Assembly (NCBI GenBank): GCA_041649315.1
Contig: JBAZNJ010000001.1
Coordinates: forward strand, 69,869-133,868
Origin: Patescibacteria group bacterium
GTDB taxonomy: Bacteria > Patescibacteriota > Patescibacteriia > Patescibacteriales > UBA12465
Reading direction: 5' to 3'
DNA length: 64,000 bases
Shown here: piece by piece, positions 42,555 to 51,229 of the stretch
Layout of the letters: every line of letters starts with the position of its first letter
Numbering within the stretch: the stretch's first letter is position 1
The notes under the pieces: model-generated
The model's database searches: none
The model's input: the letters and a program-made list of their open reading frames with translations, nothing else
What the model was told of the DNA's origin: nothing
Made by a program: the position numbers and the translations under genes

Positions 42555-45104
42555 TTAATTCGGTATAATTTCTTCCGCGGCCGGATCGGGCGGCGGTGCG
42601 GTTTCGGTCCCCGAGGTCTCGGGAACAATCTCATCAGGCGGCGGACCGGATGGATATTCTTCAAGAGGCGGAGTCGGTTCAGCCGGAACTTCCTCAGTAA
42701 TAATATATCCCTCATCTAAAGGACCGGGTTCTCCCGGGAAAATCCCTTCATCCGGCAGACCGGGAGAACTTTCTCCGCCCGGGAAAGCCGGCGAAGAAGA
42801 ATTATCAACCTCGCCGTCAACCGCCGGCATCGGAGTAATAATATAATCATAACCGCCGGCCGTAAGCTCTAAGGATTTAGCTTCGACTAAAGAATCAAGA
42901 TTATTGATTTTCAAAAACTTATTGGAAAAAGTATAAAGGTTATCTCCGATATATAAGGACCGCTTAACCGTGTTGTCATAATAGGAATAGCCGCGCCAAT
43001 AATCGGCCTGAGTAAAATTTCCGCCGGCCGAATGATCAATCCGGCCCTTTTCTTCCAATGAATTATCATTTAAAGAAAACACTAAGGCGCCGGCAAAAGA
43101 AAGCCTGCCCTGGCCGTCATGCAGGACGGCCGGAATGGATAAAATATTTTTTTCTGCTGAATATAAAAAGGCCTTATGATCATAGAGCGCGATCGAATCA
43201 CTACGGGAATCCCCGATTAAATAGCTATCTAATTCTTTCGGGTTTCCTAAATCCGTAAAATCAAACAAGCTAAGCTTTAGACCTTTAATCTTTACGCCGC
43301 CGTCCGCGCTAACTTCAGTATCACGTCCAAGACCGAGAAGCTTATTCCCGTCTTTATCGATCGGATGAAGATAATTCGAGAAACCAGGAATCTTAATCGC
43401 ACCTAAAACCTTAGGGGTAGATGGATCACTTAAACTAATAACAAATAAAGGATCAACCTGCTTAAAAGTTACCAAATAAACTCGGGCGCCGATAAAGCGA
43501 GCGGCATAAATCCTTTCCGTCGTCGCCAGATTTTCCAAAGCGCCGACTAACTTTAAATCCTTATCCAAAACATAAATATTACTATAAGAATCTTGTTCAG
43601 CCGTCTCTAAGCGCGACCATTGGCGATTGCGCGTCGTCGCCAAACGGAAATATTCTCCGGATTCATCCATGGAAAATTGGTTAAGAAGCTGGCCGTTGAC
43701 CTCGCCCATCGCCGCGTAATCAATCCGACGGCCCTTAACAGCGATCTTATGGATAATAGTTTTTTCCATCTCTTTGGATTTCTCAAACAATTTCTGCTCT
43801 AAAGCGCTATCGATTTCCGTCTGCCAAACCGCGGCTGTTTCCTTGTCTAAAGAATTCAAATAACGATCGACAATCTGGGCAATCTTATATTTCTTTTCGT
43901 TCTTAGTTAAAATAAAATCAGCGGCTGTTTCAATCGCTTTTATTTTATCCTGCTCGGCCGCGGCTAATTTAAGGTAAACCAAATCTTTTTTGACTTCCTG
44001 CTCTAAATCATACTCATTCAAATACTGAGTATAGGTAAGATAAATATTATCCTGGGAAACATAAATATTCTGGCTGCTGTCTAAAAGATAGGACTGGCCG
44101 CTCACGGCCTCCCCGTTACTCGCCATATTGATAGCCGTAATGTTTGTAAAATTATAATAATCGTAAGGGATATCAAAATAATAAACTTCTGGTGCAAAGC
44201 ATTTCGCGGTTGTATCGCAGTTCGCGGCCAAAACCTGACCGTTCTCAATTAAGCGCGGCACAGCCGGTTCATCAAGAATATAATTCGCGTAAGTATCGGT
44301 TAAAAGATAAACATAATCACCGATCAAACGGGCGTCGCGATAAGTCCCCTCAAAATCTAAATCGCGCACCTGTTTCGGGTCGCTTGGATCAGACACATCA
44401 AAAACCTTGAAAAAGGTATAGGGGCTTTGGCGGCGGAAAGTCGCGTACAGGGGCTGAGCGTAAATCTGATCATCGGCCCCGAAAACGGCCAAAAAATCTC
44501 CTTGGATAAAAATATCCTGCGGCCGGGACTTAAAAGTTATTTTGCTTATCACTGTGGCTTCACCGGCCGGAACCGCCTTGATAATCGAAAGTTCATTACG
44601 GACCAGTGCGAAAATATATTCGCCGTCGGTCTTAATAATATCCGCCTCATCCACGCCGACAACCTGATTATTGGTCGCGGAATAATCTAAGGCGTTATTC
44701 GGCGTGCTAGCCGTTGTGCCGCCACTATCCGCAGCTAAATTTTGGCTTGAAGCGCTTTCAGCAACCGGGGCGGCCGCCGGCGCCGCCACTCCCGCGGTCC
44801 GTGTCGCGCCATCAGATAAAACCAGATCTCTAGTAACCGCGCCGTAATTATCAACGCTATTATTATTCCTTAAAAATTCCGTTAATTCATTATAATCATT
44901 AAATCTCTTCATCCGACCGGAATAATTCTCGTTTTCCGACGTAGAAACAGCCGGCTCTTCAATTCCTATCGGTTCAACGACCGTCGGTTTCGGCTTTTTT
45001 TGCAAAGAAAAAGCGCAACCGCTAGTCGCCAAGGCCAAAAACAATAACAATAAGGATAATTTTAATTTAATTTTAGATAAATTTTTTAAGAAAAATTTAG
45101 CCAT
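42555..45104 (-). CDS. secreted beta-propeller domain protein (COG4880-like)
   Basis: Signal peptide/lipobox LLLLFLALATSGC. NNQVVGVDEADIIKTDGEYIF is typical of the 'beta propeller domain' family. The C-terminal tail is Pro/Glu-rich. Confidence 0.6.
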   Translation of the reverse strand: MAKFFLKNLSKIKLKLSLLLLFLALATSGCAFSLQKKPKPTVVEPIGIEEPAVSTSENENYSGRMKRFNDYNELTEFLRNNNSVDNYGAVTRDLVLSDGATRTAGVAAPAAAPVAESASSQNLAADSGGTTASTPNNALDYSATNNQVVGVDEADIIKTDGEYIFALVRNELSIIKAVPAGEATVISKITFKSRPQDIFIQGDFLAVFGADDQIYAQPLYATFRRQSPYTFFKVFDVSDPSDPKQVRDLDFEGTYRDARLIGDYVYLLTDTYANYILDEPAVPRLIENGQVLAANCDTTAKCFAPEVYYFDIPYDYYNFTNITAINMASNGEAVSGQSYLLDSSQNIYVSQDNIYLTYTQYLNEYDLEQEVKKDLVYLKLAAAEQDKIKAIETAADFILTKNEKKYKIAQIVDRYLNSLDKETAAVWQTEIDSALEQKLFEKSKEMEKTIIHKIAVKGRRIDYAAMGEVNGQLLNQFSMDESGEYFRLATTRNRQWSRLETAEQDSYSNIYVLDKDLKLVGALENLATTERIYAARFIGARVYLVTFKQVDPLFVISLSDPSTPKVLGAIKIPGFSNYLHPIDKDGNKLLGLGRDTEVSADGGVKIKGLKLSLFDFTDLGNPKELDSYLIGDSRSDSIALYDHKAFLYSAEKNILSIPAVLHDGQGRLSFAGALVFSLNDNSLEEKGRIDHSAGGNFTQADYWRGYSYYDNTVKRSLYIGDNLYTFSNKFLKINNLDSLVEAKSLELTAGGYDYIITPMPAVDGEVDNSSSPAFPGGESSPGLPDEGIFPGEPGPLDEGYIITEEVPAEPTPPLEEYPSGPPPDEIVPETSGTETAPPPDPAAEEIIPN

Positions 45105-45312
45105 ATTTTTAAAAATTAATGATAAAATAATGATAAATCAGGATAAAAATGGCATTTAACGGTAATTTTCCTGGCAACTCTGACAACAATCTTAACAACC
45201 TTTAAAATTATAGCATAAATCAAAATTTTCTTTAATTTTCTTTAAAGTTCTTATCTTTTTTGTTTGCATCGGTAAAACCTTAAAAATAAATATCAACTTA
45301 ACGCCAAGCAGC

Positions 45313-46053
45313 TTATTTAATAACCACCTCTGTCCCGGCTTCAACCCGCTCATAAAGATATTGCGCCGGACCAACGCCGAGACGGATACAACCGTGCGAA
45401 ACCGGGTGCCCAAGATGGTCCTCGCCTTCACGATAGCCCCCCGGCCAAACCGGAAGTTCATGGATTCCGATTCGCCCACGATCCAAACCGAGCCAATACG
45501 GCATCCATAAGCCATAACTCTTAGACCAAGCATTTTCTATCTTATTAATAATCTTAAAGGCTCCGGTCGGAGTTGGCATACTCGGCTTTCCAGTAGAAAC
45601 AGGAAAGTCCTTCCAGGCCCGCCCGGAAACTAAAAGAGTCAAACGCTGATTAGCTAAATCAATTTCTATCTTTCGGTCTAATCTTTTCGGCTCAGCCGAA
45701 TTCGGATCATAAGCCCAGTCGATTTCTTCGCTGTCAGAATAGCCATCATTATCCGTGTCCGGATTGAAAGGATCAGTCCCAAATTCTATTTCAAAATAAT
45801 CACTCAGCCCGTCGGCGTCAACATCGCTTTCCTTAATCTTTTCCGGCGCTGGATTGAATGGCGAATAACCGCTAGCGATTTCCGCTTCATCATCATAACC
45901 GTCACCGTCGGTATCGATAATTTCCGCTGCCTGAAGCGGGTTATCGCAGTTTGATAATAAAGCAATAAATCCGAAAGCGCTTATCAGGCCTAAAGTAATC
46001 GCCGAAAATAAAACTTTTTTAGTCCCAAATTTTTTATTTTTATTTTTTTCCAT
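45313..46053 (-). CDS. L,D-transpeptidase (YkuD) with N-terminal Ca-binding-type Asp repeats
   Basis: The catalytic motif reads IGIHELP...GHPVSHGCIRL. Repeats are DTDGDGYDDEAE, DVDADGLSDYFE and DTDNDGYSDSEE. Confidence 0.8.
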   Translation of the reverse strand: MEKNKNKKFGTKKVLFSAITLGLISAFGFIALLSNCDNPLQAAEIIDTDGDGYDDEAEIASGYSPFNPAPEKIKESDVDADGLSDYFEIEFGTDPFNPDTDNDGYSDSEEIDWAYDPNSAEPKRLDRKIEIDLANQRLTLLVSGRAWKDFPVSTGKPSMPTPTGAFKIINKIENAWSKSYGLWMPYWLGLDRGRIGIHELPVWPGGYREGEDHLGHPVSHGCIRLGVGPAQYLYERVEAGTEVVIK

Positions 46054-46068
46054 GTTTAAAAAATTATT

Positions 46069-47772
46069 TTATTTCCGAAGAGAATATTCGCAACCGCAAA
46101 ATTTCTGGCGATAAAATCCTTTTTCCTTCGCAAATTCATGGGAACGGCGATAGCCGTCGTCGGCCTGAAAATCTTCATCTAAAAAAGCGACGCCACTTTC
46201 CGCCGCTAAAACGCGGCTAATTTTCCGAATCGCCTCTCCGTCTTTATAAGGGCTAACCAATAAAGTCGTGCTAAAAAAATCAAATTTTTTTTCTCGCGCC
46301 AATCGCGCGGTTTTAGCTAAACGATCGCGATAACAAATCAGGCAGCGCGGGCCGCATTCCGGATCATTTTCCCGCCCCCTTATCTTCGCCTGCCAGACCG
46401 GATGATTATAGGGTTCAATAATTAATGGAATCCTGAATTTCGCCGCCATTTTTTTGACATATAACAAGCGCTTCTCATATTCTTCTGGGGAATTCAAGTT
46501 AGAATTATAAAAATACCAAGTTAAATCAAAGCGCGGCTGTAAACGCTCGCGACTAATATAAGACCCGCAAGGCGCGCAACAAATATGAAGGAGTAGGCGC
46601 GGCAAACGCGTTTGACGACCGGAAAATTTCCTAAGAGAAAAGAACATTACCAACAACAACATTAAAACGCCTAAAATTACTAAAGCCCAAAACTTTCCTC
46701 GGCTCTGCAAAAACAGGCCGCTTAAACCGAAGGCCAAGGCAAAAAAATAAAAAATCAACACGGTTTTCTGCGGGCTTAAACCCGCCGCCAATAGACGATG
46801 ATGGAGATGCGCGCGATCCGCCGTCCGAAAAGGATTCTTGCCTTTTAATAAACGTCTAAAAATCGTCCAAGCGACATCTAAAACCGGCAAACCCATTATT
46901 AAAAGCGCAATCGCGATTTTCCCGCCGGAAATTATTGCCAAAACGCCAAGAACATAACCGACAAGCAAAGAGCCGCCCTCGCCTAAAAATATTTTGGCCG
47001 GATGCCAGTTAAAAATTAGGAAGCCCAAGCAAGCGGCGAAAAACAGTAAAGCAGCAAAGGCGATATCCGGCTGGTAATAGCGCGTCGTCAAGGTGAATAA
47101 AAAAATAACTAAACCGCCAATAGCCCCGATGCCGGAGACCAACCCGTCAACGCCGTCTAAAAGCTTGGTCGTGTACATCATGCCTAAAAGCCAAAAAAAT
47201 ATCAGTAACGGCGAAACAAAAACCAAGGGCCGTAAATCAATTACGCCGCCAGCCGGATTGCTGATTTTCGCGATTTCCACTCCGCCTAAAATCACAGCGC
47301 CGATCGCTAAAAGCGGAAAAATAATCTGGCGCGACGGCTTTAAATCATATTTATCATCCAAAACCCCGCCGATAATTAAGAATAAGGCACCAAGCGCAAA
47401 ACCAAGTAAATGATTAAAACGCAGATCACCGGCCAAAAAACGATCGGAAAATAAAAACAATAAAATAAAATAAACAATAAAAATAGCGACACCGCCTAAA
47501 AGCGGGGTCGCTTGCCTATGGATCTTGCGACTGAGTTTTGGCACATTTTCGTCGTCCATTGACGCCACAAATTTCCCGCCAACGCCCGCTACCGCTTGGC
47601 CGTCCGACGCTAAGGCGGCTTGGCCGTTCACTTCTGCTACCGCTGAATCGCTAAGCGCGCCGGGGCTATCCGGCTGATCAATAATCTTAAAATAAACGGC
47701 GATTCTTTTAATTAATAAAGTCAGAAGCGCCGTTAAAATTAAAGCAATTAAAAAAATAAAAAAATAAAACAT
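46069..47772 (-). CDS. fusion ORF: MraY/WecA-family (glycosyltransferase 4) polytopic domain + QueH (DUF208) epoxyqueuosine reductase domain
   Basis: The N-terminal ~380 aa contain RKIHRQATPLLGG, DGVDGL and NWHPAKIFLGEGGSLLVGY. The C-terminal ~180 aa contain LLLHICCAPCGSY, PRCLICYRDRL, LLVSPYKD and FCGCEYS. The frame is continuous with no stop. Confidence 0.7.
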   Translation of the reverse strand: MFYFFIFLIALILTALLTLLIKRIAVYFKIIDQPDSPGALSDSAVAEVNGQAALASDGQAVAGVGGKFVASMDDENVPKLSRKIHRQATPLLGGVAIFIVYFILLFLFSDRFLAGDLRFNHLLGFALGALFLIIGGVLDDKYDLKPSRQIIFPLLAIGAVILGGVEIAKISNPAGGVIDLRPLVFVSPLLIFFWLLGMMYTTKLLDGVDGLVSGIGAIGGLVIFLFTLTTRYYQPDIAFAALLFFAACLGFLIFNWHPAKIFLGEGGSLLVGYVLGVLAIISGGKIAIALLIMGLPVLDVAWTIFRRLLKGKNPFRTADRAHLHHRLLAAGLSPQKTVLIFYFFALAFGLSGLFLQSRGKFWALVILGVLMLLLVMFFSLRKFSGRQTRLPRLLLHICCAPCGSYISRERLQPRFDLTWYFYNSNLNSPEEYEKRLLYVKKMAAKFRIPLIIEPYNHPVWQAKIRGRENDPECGPRCLICYRDRLAKTARLAREKKFDFFSTTLLVSPYKDGEAIRKISRVLAAESGVAFLDEDFQADDGYRRSHEFAKEKGFYRQKFCGCEYSLRK

Positions 47773-47888
47773 ATTATAATTCCTTCCCGTTTTATACTAC
47801 CCGCGATCTTTTTATAATTTTCTGTCTATTATAATTTCTATAATTTCTGTTATCTAAATAACACGACAACCTTTTATAATTTAGGATT

Positions 47889-50624
47889 CTACAATTCCCG
47901 GCCCTTTTCAATCTCAACGGCCGCCCGATTATTGATAAGCACAGTATCGCGGCGCTTAAGCTCGCCGGTCAAAATTTTATCAGCAATAATATTTTCAATC
48001 TTATCCTGTAATAAGCGTCGGAGCGGCCGGGCGCCGAATTTCGGGTCATAGCCCTCCTGCGCCAAAATCGCCACGCCGTCTTTATCCGCTTTCAAATCAA
48101 TGCCTTTATCTGATAAATTCCGCTTCATCTTCTTAAGCATCAAAGTCGTAATCGCGAAAACATCTTCTTCGCTCAATGGTTTAAAAACAATAATCCCATC
48201 AAAACGATTGATAAGTTCCGGCCGGAGATATTTATTAAGATGATTATCAATAAGCTCCTGCTTAATGATACTTAAGGAGGTTTGCGCTCTAATCTGATCT
48301 TGGATAAAAACCGCACCGATATTGGAAGTCGCGATAATGATTGATTCCGTAAAACTGATTGTCCGCCCCTGGCCGTCGGTCAGGCGGCCGTCATCTAAAA
48401 GCTGGAGAAAAAGATTCAAGACATCGGGATGCGCTTTCTCAATTTCATCAAACAAAATCAAAGAAAAAGGTTTTTTCCGTACCGCTTCGGTCAAATATCC
48501 CAAAGTTCCGTCCACGTCGCCGATCATCTTCTTAACGCTGTCAGCTAATTGATATTCGCTCATATCTAAGCGAATCAGATACTCTTCATTGCCGAAATAA
48601 ATTTCGCTCACGGATTTTGCCAATTCAGTCTTACCGACGCCAGTCGGACCTAAGAATAAAAAACTGGCAATCGGACGTTTAACGTCTTTCATTTCCGCTC
48701 GCGCCCGGCGCAAAGCGGCCGAAACCGCCTCAACCGCTTCAACCTGATCGACTAAGCGCTTATGGATTTCATTTTCTAAATTTAATAATTTTTCTTTTTC
48801 CGAAGCCGTGGCCTGATTAGCCGGAATCCCAGTAAGCTCACTAATTGCTAAAGCCACTGCTTCCCGGCCGCAAAAAGATTCCTCCGGATTATCCTTGGCT
48901 TTCTTAGCCACCAAAGACGCGGCTTTTTCTAATAAATTAAGGGCTTTAAGCGGCAAGGCCTTATCACGCAAATACCGGGACGACATCCGAACCGCCGCTT
49001 CCAAAGCTTCGTAGACGATATAAATATCATATTTCCCTTCCAAGAACCCAACCTTAGTTTCTAACATCTGAATCGCTTCATTTTCTTCCGGCTCTTTGAC
49101 GCCGATCGTCGTCATCGCTTCGCCTATGGCCCTGCGTTCAATATAGCGGGCATAATTTTCCGTGGTCGCGGCCGCGATACAATATAAATTTTTCCGACCG
49201 ATTGCTTCCGCTAAAACCTCGGATAAATCCAAGCTCTCCTGACTACCGGCGCTGATACCAATCAAATTTTCAATATTATCAAGATATAAAATTATATTGC
49301 CGGAGTGCCGAACTTCATTCAAGCTTGATAATAAGCGTTCCTCGGCCTGACCCGGGTCGGCGCCCGATATCAGCCGGGAAACATCAAGCTCAACCAGGCG
49401 CTTATCCTTTAAAAATTCCGGCACATTCTCTTCAACCATTAGTTGAGCTAAGCCCTCGACAATCGCGCTCTTGCCGACGCCGGTCGGACCGACTAATAAG
49501 ACGCCATTATGTCCGCCGGACAAGGCCTCAAAAATCGCGTTGATTTCTTTATCTCGCCCGACGCAAATATCCGAAGCGCCATACTTTGCTTTCACGGTTA
49601 AATCATGGGAAAAATGATCAAGGGTCGGCGTGGCTACGGCGGTATAAGCCCGATTCATATTGCCCCCCGGTTTTAAAAGCGCCGAACGCCGATATTCATG
49701 ATATCTTTCAACTAAACGGCGGTTAACCCTAAACCAAACCGCAGTATTTTTAATCTTATCTTTATCAATTTCCAATTCATATAATATTTCTTCCAATATC
49801 GGGTCTTTCTCGCAACAAAAAGAAATAATATTCAAAACATCAACGCTATTTTGTCGCAAATTATAAGCATCGGCAAAAGCTAGAACTAAAACCTCTTCTA
49901 AGGCCGGGGCTAATTCACCGCGACCGGCACCGGATTCGTCCTGCGGCTTGGCTAAGCGCCGATCAACCATCTCCACTAAGCGTTTCGCGTCCACATTCAA
50001 ACGGATGAATAAATTCTGGATTTCCTTATTTTTCAAGAGAACCCGGAAAAGATGGATAATCGCAGTTTCGCTTTGGCGCAATTTAAGCGCCAAAAGATAA
50101 GCGTCTTCCACGGCTTGGCGCGCCGAGCGGGAATAGGCCGCGGCCACATTAAATTTTTTACCGCCGCTTTTTTTTATTCGTCCGTCGCGTTTAGCCGCCC
50201 GACGGCGCGATCTTTCATTTTCCGCCTGCTCGAATAAACGATAATTTATTTTCTTGGCTGCCATTTTGGCCTCGCTGTTCTTGTAAATTAAAAACAAATC
50301 AAACCATAAGGAAAGCAAGAAAACCAGAATTAAAGGATCGGGCGCCCGCCAAAAAAATAATAATTTAATCGGCGCGGCCGTCCAGATAGATTGATTTAAG
50401 AATAACCAATAAACAAAAGCCGCCCAACCGCCGAAAATTATTAACCAAGTTAAAAACATCAACAGGCGATCAATCTTTTGTTTGCCCCGATCAAGCAGAA
50501 TCAAAGATTTTTTTAAATTTGCGCCCCAATGCAAAAAACGACCCAAAAACCAGGCGCCGCGCCCCCCGCGTTCCTGTTCTTCGGTAAAAGTTATTTCCTT
50601 TAATTTTATAGTTAAATCCGGCAT
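47889..50624 (-). CDS. Clp/Hsp100 AAA+ ATPase (ClpC/ClpB-like) with N-terminal transmembrane segment
   Basis: Two Walker A motifs: [19 protein letters not shown] and [15 protein letters not shown]. Also [11 protein letters not shown] and GARPLRRL. The N-terminal ~120 aa contain two hydrophobic helices (LLMFLTWLIIFGGWAAFVYWLFL and LILVFLLSLWFDLFLIY). Confidence 0.8.
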   Translation of the reverse strand: MPDLTIKLKEITFTEEQERGGRGAWFLGRFLHWGANLKKSLILLDRGKQKIDRLLMFLTWLIIFGGWAAFVYWLFLNQSIWTAAPIKLLFFWRAPDPLILVFLLSLWFDLFLIYKNSEAKMAAKKINYRLFEQAENERSRRRAAKRDGRIKKSGGKKFNVAAAYSRSARQAVEDAYLLALKLRQSETAIIHLFRVLLKNKEIQNLFIRLNVDAKRLVEMVDRRLAKPQDESGAGRGELAPALEEVLVLAFADAYNLRQNSVDVLNIISFCCEKDPILEEILYELEIDKDKIKNTAVWFRVNRRLVERYHEYRRSALLKPGGNMNRAYTAVATPTLDHFSHDLTVKAKYGASDICVGRDKEINAIFEALSGGHNGVLLVGPTGVGKSAIVEGLAQLMVEENVPEFLKDKRLVELDVSRLISGADPGQAEERLLSSLNEVRHSGNIILYLDNIENLIGISAGSQESLDLSEVLAEAIGRKNLYCIAAATTENYARYIERRAIGEAMTTIGVKEPEENEAIQMLETKVGFLEGKYDIYIVYEALEAAVRMSSRYLRDKALPLKALNLLEKAASLVAKKAKDNPEESFCGREAVALAISELTGIPANQATASEKEKLLNLENEIHKRLVDQVEAVEAVSAALRRARAEMKDVKRPIASFLFLGPTGVGKTELAKSVSEIYFGNEEYLIRLDMSEYQLADSVKKMIGDVDGTLGYLTEAVRKKPFSLILFDEIEKAHPDVLNLFLQLLDDGRLTDGQGRTISFTESIIIATSNIGAVFIQDQIRAQTSLSIIKQELIDNHLNKYLRPELINRFDGIIVFKPLSEEDVFAITTLMLKKMKRNLSDKGIDLKADKDGVAILAQEGYDPKFGARPLRRLLQDKIENIIADKILTGELKRRDTVLINNRAAVEIEKGREL

Positions 50625-50630
50625 AAAAAA

Positions 50631-50999
50631 TTATTTCAAAAACTGAAAGGCTAAAGCGATAAGCAATAATATCGGCAGGGCCAGCCAAAATATCAAACCA
50701 AGTAAGACAATAATCAGCCATAAAAATAAAACCAAGCCACGAGCGATAATCTGGACTAAGCGGACTAAAAAACTAATTAGCCGACCGGCAAAATCACGCT
50801 GGCCGTACATCGGAACGAAAATATTTTTTGCCCAAACGCTGAAGCCGAGAGAGATTTCCCGATTGCGCAAAAAGCTCCAGGAAACCTTAACCCGCCGGAT
50901 AAAACCGACGCTATACCACCAAATCGGGAAATACAAAATTTCCCCTAAAATCTGGGTAATTATTTTTCCGGAATAAGTTAAAAAATTATGGCTAAACAT
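50631..50999 (-). CDS. small polytopic membrane protein, hypothetical
   Basis: A 122-aa ORF that ends 6 nt upstream of the Clp ATPase start. It is probably co-transcribed with it. Confidence 0.5.
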   Translation of the reverse strand: MFSHNFLTYSGKIITQILGEILYFPIWWYSVGFIRRVKVSWSFLRNREISLGFSVWAKNIFVPMYGQRDFAGRLISFLVRLVQIIARGLVLFLWLIIVLLGLIFWLALPILLLIALAFQFLK

Positions 51000-51084
51000 A
51001 AAAAATCTTCAAAAGAATTTGATTGTCAAAATATCATGTTTTATAACACACTTTCTTTATTATAATAACACGGATTAGCGCCAA

Positions 51085-51113
51085 TTGACAACTAAAAATT
51101 ATTATATTACTAT
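51085..51113 (+). promoter_or_regulatory. sigma-70-type promoter candidate for clpB
   Basis: TTGACA (51085-51090), a 17-nt spacer, then TACTAT (51108-51113). It lies immediately upstream of the CIRCE element. Confidence 0.5.
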
Positions 51114-51117
51114 TAAA

Positions 51118-51144
51118 TTAGCACTCTCTAAGTAGGACTGCTAA
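51118..51144 (+). promoter_or_regulatory. CIRCE operator (HrcA binding site)
   Basis: TTAGCACTC-tctaagtag-GACTGCTAA against the consensus TTAGCACTC-N9-GAGTGCTAA. The left arm is exact, the spacer is 9 nt, and the right arm has one mismatch. It lies 86 nt upstream of the clpB ATG. Confidence 0.75.
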
Positions 51145-51229
51145 AAGATAAAATAAATTTTTAATTATCAAGTGTATTTGTCTCGCGCTGACTCGCCAAA
51201 CAAATATATTTTTATAATTTAATTAACAT

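Noticed and set aside
45192-45533. 113-aa minus-strand ORF overlapping the 3' end of the L,D-transpeptidase gene
   Set aside because: It is an alternative frame of a well-supported gene and has no motif.
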